Positions 8,100-16,006 of a stretch of DNA of 40,963 nt are shown piece after piece. Where the stretch lies: the IMG/VR virus record IMGVR_UViG_3300029105_000019; one strand, given 5' to 3'. This DNA is from a virus. Position 1 is the stretch's first letter, and each line of letters begins with the position of its first letter. Made by a program: the position numbers and the translations under genes. The notes beneath the pieces are model-generated. The model was not told the DNA's origin. It worked only from the letters and a program-made list of their open reading frames with translations, and ran no database searches.

Positions 8100-8510
8100 A
8101 TGACTGTGCCAGAACTATGCGTGTACACGCGAAACTTCTTTGACCGGTACGATGACCCCACCGCTGGGGAATTTACCTTCACGGCAGATACTGTCCCAGC
8201 CGGGGTGTCCGCCGGGCAGTATTTCCTTGTGTGCGGGTCTGTTTTCAATGACGGAGTGCACAAGGCGGGAGACGGAGACCTGACCGCCGAAACATTCACC
8301 GGCACGGTGCAGCCTATGCGCGTTCCTTCTGATTTTGTGGCGCTTGCCCAGAAAATCACCGACTACGATGCAGCCACCCCCAGCGGCGGACGCTATGTTT
8401 CCCAGTCCTTCAACGGCTGGAGCGGCACCATGGCCACCGGCACGGACGGCTTGCCCGCAGACGGCTGTACCCGCTACCGCCGGGAAATCAACCAATGGAG
8501 GAAACTGTAA
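8100..8510 (+). CDS. Putative head-tail connector/adaptor (position-based)
   Basis: 136 aa with an aaggaggtg RBS. It is the first of three tightly coupled small genes between the capsid and major tail genes. Confidence 0.55.
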   Translation: MTVPELCVYTRNFFDRYDDPTAGEFTFTADTVPAGVSAGQYFLVCGSVFNDGVHKAGDGDLTAETFTGTVQPMRVPSDFVALAQKITDYDAATPSGGRYVSQSFNGWSGTMATGTDGLPADGCTRYRREINQWRKL

Positions 8511-8881
8511 TGCCTGTAAACGATTTCACAAAATCCACCGTGATGGAGAATTTCACCAAGAAGTTCTGCTTCATGGTCAAAAAGCTGGTATCGGACGGTC
8601 TGTTTGGCTCTACCACCACATGGGAGGACGGAATGGAGTTCCTCGCCATCGAGCGCCACGACCAGACCATTGAAGCGCAACAGGCAGAGCAGCAGGGCAC
8701 GGCGTCCACCTACTCACTCTATGTGGATAAGGGCATCAAGCTGGCCCCCTTCGACTGCATCAAGCGGCTGGAGGACGGCCAGACCTATGAGGTGACGACC
8801 GCGAGCAGCGACAAGATTTCCCCCGCCGAAAGCGGGATGAACCTTGCCGTTGTGCAGTGCAAAAAGGTGGTGCTTTCCTGA
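8510..8881 (+). CDS. Putative head-closure/head-tail joining protein
   Basis: The ATG at 8510 overlaps the upstream stop (TAATG), with ggagga 7 nt upstream. The track ORF starting at 8495 extends into the upstream gene. Confidence 0.55.
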   Translation: MPVNDFTKSTVMENFTKKFCFMVKKLVSDGLFGSTTTWEDGMEFLAIERHDQTIEAQQAEQQGTASTYSLYVDKGIKLAPFDCIKRLEDGQTYEVTTASSDKISPAESGMNLAVVQCKKVVLS

Positions 8882-9258
8882 TGGGCGCAGAAGAAGCCAT
8901 TACCACGGCGCTGAACAGCTTTTTCACCCTGTTCAGCATCCCTGTATATCCGGAGGATTTCGTGCCGCAGGGCGCTTCTTTGCCCTATCTCACGGTGCGG
9001 CCGGTCATCCCAAAGGGGCTTGACGAGAGCAGCACATTCCATGCCCGGCTGTGGTATCCGGTGGACGGCGGCAAACTCCCCATCATTCGTAAGACCGATG
9101 AACTCCGCGCGGCCCTTGGCGATGGACTGACCATCGAGTGCGAGGGCGGCGCGGTCCTTTTATGCGCAGGCAGTCCGTGGGCGCAGCCAATGGACAACCC
9201 ACCGGAAAAATACCTGTGCACATACCTTAACTTTGACGTCACATCCTTCGTGGTGTGA
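8881..9258 (+). CDS. Putative tail-completion/terminator protein
   Basis: The ATG at 8881 overlaps the upstream TGA. The N-terminal pattern ...FSIPVYPEDFVP....LPYLTVRP resembles DUF3168-type tail components. Assignment rests on that pattern and on position. Confidence 0.5.
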   Translation: MGAEEAITTALNSFFTLFSIPVYPEDFVPQGASLPYLTVRPVIPKGLDESSTFHARLWYPVDGGKLPIIRKTDELRAALGDGLTIECEGGAVLLCAGSPWAQPMDNPPEKYLCTYLNFDVTSFVV

Positions 9259-9271
9259 GAAAGGATGAACC

Positions 9272-9841
9272 ATGAACAAAATGTTCACGCCCGTTTCGGC
9301 AGATGAGTTCAAGAAGCTTCAGTTCCAGGCGGGTGCCCTGCTGAAGACCTTTGACCCCGCCGGGACAAAAGCAATCGCTGCCGAAGACCGCATCTGCCTG
9401 ACTTCCGGCGGCATCACCATCACCTGCAAGCCCAACACCGTGGATTTCGGCGAGGGCATCGACGAAGTACCCGAAAACACCTATCAGCTCAAGCATATCA
9501 CGAGATGGGATTGCGGCCTGTCCACCACCTGCCTGACCGTCAGTGCAGACACCATCAAGCTGAACCTCGGTGCGGCAGACGTTGAAGCAAACAAGATCAC
9601 GGTGCGCGAGGACTACAAGGAAGAGGATTTTCAGGATGTCTGGTGGTATGGCCAGCTGATCGGCGGCGGATACGCAGCCTGCAAGCTGTCGAAGGCCGCC
9701 AGTGACGGCGGTCTGGAACTCAAGACCAGCAAGGACGGCAAGGGCAATCTGTCCCTGAGCCTGAAGGGGCACTATGATATCGCCGACACCAGCAAGGTGC
9801 CGATGGAATTTTATGTGAAGACGACCGGAGGCGAAGTATGA
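9272..9841 (+). CDS. Major tail protein
   Basis: 189 aa, lying immediately upstream of the G/GT chaperone pair and the tape measure gene, which is the conserved siphovirus synteny. Confidence 0.72.
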   Translation: MNKMFTPVSADEFKKLQFQAGALLKTFDPAGTKAIAAEDRICLTSGGITITCKPNTVDFGEGIDEVPENTYQLKHITRWDCGLSTTCLTVSADTIKLNLGAADVEANKITVREDYKEEDFQDVWWYGQLIGGGYAACKLSKAASDGGLELKTSKDGKGNLSLSLKGHYDIADTSKVPMEFYVKTTGGEV

Positions 9842-10266
9842 TCCTGACCATCAATCTGGACCCTGTGGAGTCCATCCCCAAGCTGTATGATGCCATCGAC
9901 AGCATCACCCGCATGGTGATGGATGCCAAGGACAATGTGGACAACCCGGAGATCAAAGCGGCCCGGCAGGCCATCGTGGACAACGCCATGAAGCTGCTGG
10001 GCGCACCGGTCGAGCCCCAGGCGGAGAAGAAAAAGCTCACCCCGCGTGAGTTTGCCCTTGCCGCGCTGGACTTTGCCAAGCCGCTGATGAAGCTGGACCC
10101 GAAGCGCACGGTGGATGCACTGCACCAGCTGTACACGCTGGAAGAGGGCGAATCGGACAACATCATGAAAGCGCTGGACGCTCTGGTGCAGACTCTGATG
10201 CAGCCCGATGTGCTGGGTTTTACCAAATCGCTCGGCATGTTGAACGCGACCGATTTTGGGTTCTGA
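9838..10266 (+). CDS. Tail assembly chaperone (gpG-like)
   Basis: 142 aa and acidic, with an ATGA overlap onto the major tail gene. It contains the slip site G_GGT_TTT 45 nt before its stop. Confidence 0.8.
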   Translation: MILTINLDPVESIPKLYDAIDSITRMVMDAKDNVDNPEIKAARQAIVDNAMKLLGAPVEPQAEKKKLTPREFALAALDFAKPLMKLDPKRTVDALHQLYTLEEGESDNIMKALDALVQTLMQPDVLGFTKSLGMLNATDFGF

Positions 10267-10574
10267 TCGGCCGGGCGAGCCTCGAACATCTGCGGGCCTA
10301 TGGCCTGCGGTATTTCAACAATTATGCACTGTATCTGCTCAAAGAAGACTACAAACGAAACGCTTACCGCGACTATATGTCCTCGCTGATCCGCCTTTGC
10401 GCAAAAGGGGTAGGCGTCGAGGTGGAAACCACCTATTCCGACGTCGTGGCCGAGGTGGAGCCTCAGAGGACGACCCGGCGCGAGACCACGCTGGCCGAAG
10501 CAGAGGCGTTTTGGGAACAGGCATTGGAAGACAGCCGCCGCATGGTGGAAGAGAACGGAGGTGAGGGACCCTGA
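9838..10574 (+). CDS. Tail assembly chaperone -1 frameshift product (gpGT-like)
   Basis: After a -1 slip at 10215-10221 the new frame is open from 10221 (YQIARHVERDRFWVLIGRASLEHLRAYGLRYFNNYALYLL...) to TGA at 10572-10574, just before the tape measure gene. The track shows only its distal part (10377..10574). Confidence 0.7.
10215..10221 (+). promoter_or_regulatory. Programmed -1 ribosomal frameshift heptamer G_GGT_TTT
   Basis: The zero-frame codons are ctG GGT TTT acc, which fit the canonical X_XXY_YYZ pattern in the correct register. Confidence 0.7.
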
Positions 10575-10585
10575 ATCTTTTTAAT

Positions 10586-13309
10586 TTGATGGCAACGCTG
10601 GGCCTGGACACCTCGGCCTATGAGCGGGGCATCGAGCAGGCCAGAAAAGAGACGCAAAGCGCCGCAAATTCGCTGAACCGCAGCGCAAACACCGCCGGGA
10701 GCGGCGTTGCAGGAATGGCAAGCCAGTTTGCAGCAGCCAGCGCAAAAGCCAACATCCTTGCAGGTATGCTTGCCTCGCTTGGGACAAAAGCAGCCGGACT
10801 CGCAAAAAACCTTGTAGAGACAGGCGTTTCTTACAATGCACAGATAGAAAAGTACACCACGGGCTTTACCAATATGCTGGGCAGCGCACAGGCCGCACAG
10901 AAAGCTATGCAGGCTATTCAGGAAGATGCAGCCCGCACACCGTTTGACGTTGCATCTCTGACGCAGGCAAACCAGCTGCTCATCAGCGCAGGCGAAAACG
11001 CTGGCCGTTCTCGTAAGGTCATTATGGCTCTGGGCGATGCTGTATCTGCTACCGGCGGCGGAAACGATGAGCTTTCCCGTATGGCCGCAAACCTTCAGCA
11101 GATCGCCAATGTTGGAAAGGCTAGCGCAGTAGACATTAAGCAGTTTGCTTTTGCTGGAATCAACATCTACCAGGTGCTGGCCGACTACACGGGAAAAACG
11201 GTGGAAGAAGTCCAGAATATGACGGTCAGCTACGACCTGCTGTCTAGCGCGTTAATCGCTGCCAGCGAGGAGGGCGGGCGTTACTATAACGCTATGGACA
11301 CCCAAAGCCAGACCATGAATGGCAGGATTTCCACACTGAAAGATAATGTTTCCCAACTGGCGGGGCTTATGACGGGCGACCTCTCAAGCGGCATCGGCGT
11401 TGTTATTGGCAACCTGAATGATATGGTCGTTGCGGCACAGGAAGCCTACAAACAAGATGGTTGGCTCGGACTTGCTGGTGCCATTACTGGCTTAAGTGGG
11501 CCGATTGATTCCGCAAAACAAAAGTTTAACGAACTTGGGAGCGCCGCGATTACAGCTCTGGACAAAGCAAGTTATTGGCTGAATCATGATGTTCTAAAAA
11601 AGGATGCCTATTCTGACTATGACAGCTACGAAGAGTACAGAGACGCGCAAGACCATCAAAGCAACCGTGACCGCCGCCGACAAGAAGCACTTGCCGGAAA
11701 AGGCATCTATAACAAAAGTTGGACGGAACGGCAGGCTGAAGAAAAGGAAGGAAGCGGCATAACCAGCGGCGGCGACGGCGACGGCGACGGAGGCACGGAC
11801 AAGAACAAGAACAAGACCGTCACAAAGACCGTCCTTTCCGCCCTGACCGACGCGGCCACGTCCTACTCCTCCAACGAGTACGGGCAGATCACGAAATCCG
11901 TCACCGAGCTGACCGAGCACATCAAGGACAGCACCGGCAAGGTCTATGACCAGCTGACCCGCACCACCACCGAGTCCGGCAAGGAGCTGGTGAACGGCGT
12001 GGTGAAGAACTACAAGCTGGTCACCAAAGAAGTCACGGACGAGAACGGCAAGGTCACCACCACGACCCAGAAGACCTATGAGGACGCCTCGAAGTCGCTG
12101 GTCTCGACCCTGACGCAGACCGCGCAGACGCTGAAGAACGGCATCTCCACGACCATCGAGTCGGTGACGAAGAAATACCAGGACAACTCCGAGCACATCG
12201 AGCAGACGGCCACTGAGACCGGCACCCGCATCGTCAACGGGGCGTTGGAGACCTACACGAAGGTCAAGACCCTGATGGACGGCGTGGAGACCGACAGCAA
12301 GGAGACCTCGCAGGCCGTGGTCAGCCAGTACGACACCCTGACCAGCAACTACGGCGCTGCCGCCGAAAGGGTGGCCCAGCTGCAGGCCGCTTACAACGAG
12401 TCCGCAGCCAGCACCGGGGAGTTCTCGGAGCAGACGCTGAAGATCGGTTATCTGCTCACAGAAGAAGAGGAAAAGCTCGACGCTGCAAGCAAAGCGTTAA
12501 AGGAATACCAGAAGAACAACAACCGCGCGAACGCCCAGGCAAATAAGTTCAAGAACATTATCAGTGAGTCCAATGCGGCGTTTTCGGATTTTGGCAGCTC
12601 TCTGACCAGCCTGGGCGAGTTCTTCGACAGCGAGGTATTGCAGAACGCCGGGGACTTTTTCACGACCATCACCAACGGTGTGTCGCAGGCCCTCAATTTT
12701 GCCGCAAGCGTTGAAACGCTGGTCACGACGCTGCAGACCCTGAAGACCGCCATCGAGGCCGTCAATGCAACCGGCGGCATCTCCAGCGTGGTCTCCGGCA
12801 TCGGCAAGCTCATCGGGGCAGGCGGCGCAACGGTTGCTGCGGGAACTGCCGGGGCTGCAACGGCAGGCACTGGGGTGGCCGCACTTGGTCTGTCCATCCC
12901 GCAGATCGGCCTCATCGTGGCCGGTGTGCTGGCGGTGGGTGCTGTGGGCTACGGCATCTACAAGTGGGCAACGAAGGACAAGGACCAGACCGAGAAAAAG
13001 GCCAGCTCCAGCTCAAAGCTGTCCTACAAGGACATTCAGGACGCCTACTGGTACGGCAACGAGCGGGCCTTTGCGGGCTACGACTACCGCACAGACCCTT
13101 ACACCTTCCGCCAGCAGCCCTCGATGAGCGACTACCAGAACAAGATGCAGGCCGAGCTTGCCCGCATCGGCGAGTTCGTTGAAAAGTATCTGCCGGAGAC
13201 CGGCAAGGGCGTCGTCGCGCTGGACGGCGAAGAGGTGGCCCGCATCATCACACCGAGCGTCAACGCAAATCTGGGCCAGCTGGCCGTTTTGAGCGGAAGG
13301 GGGAACTGA
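10586..13309 (+). CDS. Tape measure protein
   Basis: 907 aa, Ala/Gly/Thr-rich and helical, with a C-terminal hydrophobic Gly-rich segment (GAGGATVAAGTAGAATAGTGVAALGL...). Position is canonical. The real start may be the ATG at 10589. Confidence 0.9.
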   Translation: MMATLGLDTSAYERGIEQARKETQSAANSLNRSANTAGSGVAGMASQFAAASAKANILAGMLASLGTKAAGLAKNLVETGVSYNAQIEKYTTGFTNMLGSAQAAQKAMQAIQEDAARTPFDVASLTQANQLLISAGENAGRSRKVIMALGDAVSATGGGNDELSRMAANLQQIANVGKASAVDIKQFAFAGINIYQVLADYTGKTVEEVQNMTVSYDLLSSALIAASEEGGRYYNAMDTQSQTMNGRISTLKDNVSQLAGLMTGDLSSGIGVVIGNLNDMVVAAQEAYKQDGWLGLAGAITGLSGPIDSAKQKFNELGSAAITALDKASYWLNHDVLKKDAYSDYDSYEEYRDAQDHQSNRDRRRQEALAGKGIYNKSWTERQAEEKEGSGITSGGDGDGDGGTDKNKNKTVTKTVLSALTDAATSYSSNEYGQITKSVTELTEHIKDSTGKVYDQLTRTTTESGKELVNGVVKNYKLVTKEVTDENGKVTTTTQKTYEDASKSLVSTLTQTAQTLKNGISTTIESVTKKYQDNSEHIEQTATETGTRIVNGALETYTKVKTLMDGVETDSKETSQAVVSQYDTLTSNYGAAAERVAQLQAAYNESAASTGEFSEQTLKIGYLLTEEEEKLDAASKALKEYQKNNNRANAQANKFKNIISESNAAFSDFGSSLTSLGEFFDSEVLQNAGDFFTTITNGVSQALNFAASVETLVTTLQTLKTAIEAVNATGGISSVVSGIGKLIGAGGATVAAGTAGAATAGTGVAALGLSIPQIGLIVAGVLAVGAVGYGIYKWATKDKDQTEKKASSSSKLSYKDIQDAYWYGNERAFAGYDYRTDPYTFRQQPSMSDYQNKMQAELARIGEFVEKYLPETGKGVVALDGEEVARIITPSVNANLGQLAVLSGRGN

Positions 13310-13313
13310 AACA

Positions 13314-15239
13314 ATGTACGAGATTTACGGCTATCCCTACGGCAACCCGGACGCGGAGCTGCTCATCTATCAGCCGGGCAACAAAAACGGCACGGTCCTC
13401 AGCCCGAAACTGACCCGCGAGGTCAGCAAGGGCGGGAGCCTGACCTTCACTATGACCCGTGAACATCCGATGTACGAGATGCTGCAAAAGATGTCCACGG
13501 TGGTCGTGGTGAAGCAGGACGGAAAGGAGACCTGGCGCGGGCGCATCTTCAGCCATGAGGCGGACTGGTACAACAACCGGGCTGTCTACTGCGAAGGTGC
13601 GCTATCGTTTTTCAACGATTCCTGCGTGACGCCGTTCAACTATGAGGGAACCCTGAAGGAGTTCCTTCAGCACCTCATCGACGTGCACAACGCGCAGGTT
13701 GGCCAGAAGATGAAGATGTTCGAGCTGGGCACTGTGACGGCAGCCCTGGGCGACCAGGTGGTCCACTTCGGAGACGCAGACCAATACGGCGTGGGCGAAG
13801 ACTACGGAAAGGTCTGGGACATCATCGACAAGCTGGTGCTCAAGGTCTTCGGCGGGTACGCCTACTGCACGTTTGACGCAGCGACGGGTTACAATGTCCT
13901 GAACTATTGCGACCAGGCAGTGGAAGAAAAGCGGGTGACGGCCCAAAAGATTGAGTACGGCGTCAACCTGCTCGACCTGACCGAAAAGACCGACACGAAC
14001 GGCTTATACACCCGAATCTATCCGGTGGGCAACAAACACACCGTGAAGGAGACCCGGTGGAAGTATAAGTTCAAGTGGCTCCCCGGCGGGCTGGGAAAAT
14101 ACACGGATGAGCACGAGGAGCGCTACGGCATCATGGATACCGACTCCGCGACCATCCAGAAATATCTGCCGCAGTCCGGATACCGGTACGATCTGGAGGA
14201 TGGCTACATTGAGAACACCGACGCCGTCAAGAAGTTCGGCGTCATCGCCCGCATTGTGGAGTTCGACACCGACAGCGCCAACGATACCTTCGCCGCCGGT
14301 GTGCAGGCGCTGCAGCAGAACCATCTGATGGTTACGAGCTACACCATCAAGGCCGTGGACCTTGTGGACGCAGGCGAGGCCACCGAGCGCCTGACCTTCG
14401 CCTGTTATGCCCACATCCTGAGCGCTCCGCACAGCGTCGATGCCGTCATGCTCTGCTCCAAGCTGACCGAGCCGCTCGACCACCCCGAAAAGAAAGAGTA
14501 CAGCTTCGGCATGACCCGCCGCACCCTGACCGACCGGCATGTGGAAAACCTCGGCAAGACGAACCTGCTGGATGAGAGCAACGCAGCTTCCGAGAGCTAT
14601 AACCAGCAGCTCATCGAGCATCTGAAGAAAACGGACAAAAACGTGACGGAAGCCGCCAAGACCGCGACGAACTTTCTGGAATGGAGCGAGGCAGACGGCC
14701 TGATCGTCCGGCATGAGTCCCTGCCCGGCAAGCGGGTGCAGATTACCCATGACGGCGTAAAGGTCCTCAACGATTCCAGCATGGTCAACATCCAATCGGA
14801 CAGCATCTCAATCACCGACGGCAACGGAAGCTGCACCATCAATTCCGGAAAGATTACATTCTACGGCATTCGACAAGACAAAATTTGGGAAAACGGCGAC
14901 CCCGACAGCGGTATGGGCGATGGCGCTGTAATCTGCAACGATGGCCGATTGCGTCCGTATTCCGCCATCGTGATTGGGTTCGGCGAATATTACACCGGTT
15001 TGGACGGCAGCGGAGTGAACGGAAGCGACTTGCAGTATACCGTTTTTCCCATCAATGGTATTTGGTCGATTGCAAGCCGCGTGTGGGACTATCCGAGAGT
15101 CCGAAGAGTCTATGTTTCATCCAGCGGGATCACGTTTGGGCAGGGCGGATACTATACGCAAAAGGCATCCGGTGTTGGCGTGAAATTCAACAAGCACGAT
15201 ACCTGCTGCGTCCCATGTGCTGTTTACGGATTGATGTAA
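13314..15239 (+). CDS. Tail-tip protein, Tal / prophage-tail-endopeptidase-like N-terminus
   Basis: 641 aa, directly after the TMP. The N-terminal pattern YEIYG...LSPKLTREVSKGGSLTFTMTREHPMYEML..VVVVKQDGKETWRGRIF...CEGALSFFNDS resembles phage minor structural / Tal N-domains. Confidence 0.6.
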   Translation: MYEIYGYPYGNPDAELLIYQPGNKNGTVLSPKLTREVSKGGSLTFTMTREHPMYEMLQKMSTVVVVKQDGKETWRGRIFSHEADWYNNRAVYCEGALSFFNDSCVTPFNYEGTLKEFLQHLIDVHNAQVGQKMKMFELGTVTAALGDQVVHFGDADQYGVGEDYGKVWDIIDKLVLKVFGGYAYCTFDAATGYNVLNYCDQAVEEKRVTAQKIEYGVNLLDLTEKTDTNGLYTRIYPVGNKHTVKETRWKYKFKWLPGGLGKYTDEHEERYGIMDTDSATIQKYLPQSGYRYDLEDGYIENTDAVKKFGVIARIVEFDTDSANDTFAAGVQALQQNHLMVTSYTIKAVDLVDAGEATERLTFACYAHILSAPHSVDAVMLCSKLTEPLDHPEKKEYSFGMTRRTLTDRHVENLGKTNLLDESNAASESYNQQLIEHLKKTDKNVTEAAKTATNFLEWSEADGLIVRHESLPGKRVQITHDGVKVLNDSSMVNIQSDSISITDGNGSCTINSGKITFYGIRQDKIWENGDPDSGMGDGAVICNDGRLRPYSAIVIGFGEYYTGLDGSGVNGSDLQYTVFPINGIWSIASRVWDYPRVRRVYVSSSGITFGQGGYYTQKASGVGVKFNKHDTCCVPCAVYGLM

Positions 15240-15251
15240 GGAGTCGTTGAA

Positions 15252-15458
15252 ATGTACATGATTACCTATCAAGAGGACGGAACCATTATGAGCGTCGGAA
15301 GCGTTGACCCGGCATACAACGCACATCCAACTCCGGACGGCGTCTTGTATATGGAAAGCATCCCGGATGGGCGACCTTTCCGGAAAACCTACAAAGTCCG
15401 GGACGGTCAGCTGGTCTACGACCCGGCACCGGATGAAGAGGAGGCTGCGGGTGAATGA
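15252..15458 (+). CDS. Hypothetical protein (68 aa)
   Basis: aaggag RBS; translationally coupled to the next gene (ATGA). Confidence 0.6.
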   Translation: MYMITYQEDGTIMSVGSVDPAYNAHPTPDGVLYMESIPDGRPFRKTYKVRDGQLVYDPAPDEEEAAGE

Positions 15459-16006
15459 ACTTTTATGATTCGATCCATGCCGCAGCGGAGAAGAACCCTC
15501 GTCTGAATGACGTTCATGTGTTTCTTGAAGGGGAAGAAACATCGCTCCGGTCCCGGTTTGGCTTGTGGCTCAACAAAAGCTATCCACAGATCGGAAAAGC
15601 ACAAACGGAATCGAACCTCGTTTATGTTCCGGCATCTGATAAACCGTTAAATCTGACACGTGCGCTTGACGGTAAGATCCACTACAAACAGCGCACGATC
15701 CAGATGCAGTTTACGGTCATGCAGCCCAAAGCCATGTGGGAAACGATTCGAAGCAAACTGGAAACAGCGCTGCAAGGGCAATGGCTGAAATTTCTTTTTA
15801 CAAAAGACCCATCCTGGACATGGACAGGTCTTTTTGATGTAGAACTCACGCCGGGAGAGTACCAGGCGACCGCGACGATCACAGTAACAGCTTGCCCGTA
15901 TAAAACCAGCGTGACCGCGGCGGCCGGTTCGGATTGGCTGTGGGATACGTTCAACTTTGAAACCGACACAATTTACGACACATCGACGGAGGTGGGCAGA
16001 TTATGA
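15455..16006 (+). CDS. Hypothetical tail/baseplate protein (weak Dit-like resemblance)
   Basis: 183 aa, coupled on both sides (ATGA overlaps) within the tail-tip operon. The functional call is tentative. Confidence 0.45.
   Translation: MNFYDSIHAAAEKNPRLNDVHVFLEGEETSLRSRFGLWLNKSYPQIGKAQTESNLVYVPASDKPLNLTRALDGKIHYKQRTIQMQFTVMQPKAMWETIRSKLETALQGQWLKFLFTKDPSWTWTGLFDVELTPGEYQATATITVTACPYKTSVTAAAGSDWLWDTFNFETDTIYDTSTEVGRL

Noticed and set aside
10254-10260. TTTTGGG, immediately before the gpG stop, as the frameshift site.
   Set aside because: It is not in X_XXY_YYZ register, and A-site re-pairing would be poor. The canonical G_GGT_TTT 39 nt upstream is the better candidate. I cannot exclude the alternative without experimental data.
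10256-10564. 102-aa ORF (MGSDRPGEPRTSAGLWPAV...) as the gpT part of the chaperone.
   Set aside because: It is in the wrong frame relative to the slip site and has a junk-like Arg/Gly/Pro composition. The -1 frame reached from G_GGT_TTT gives a protein-like sequence ending at 10574.
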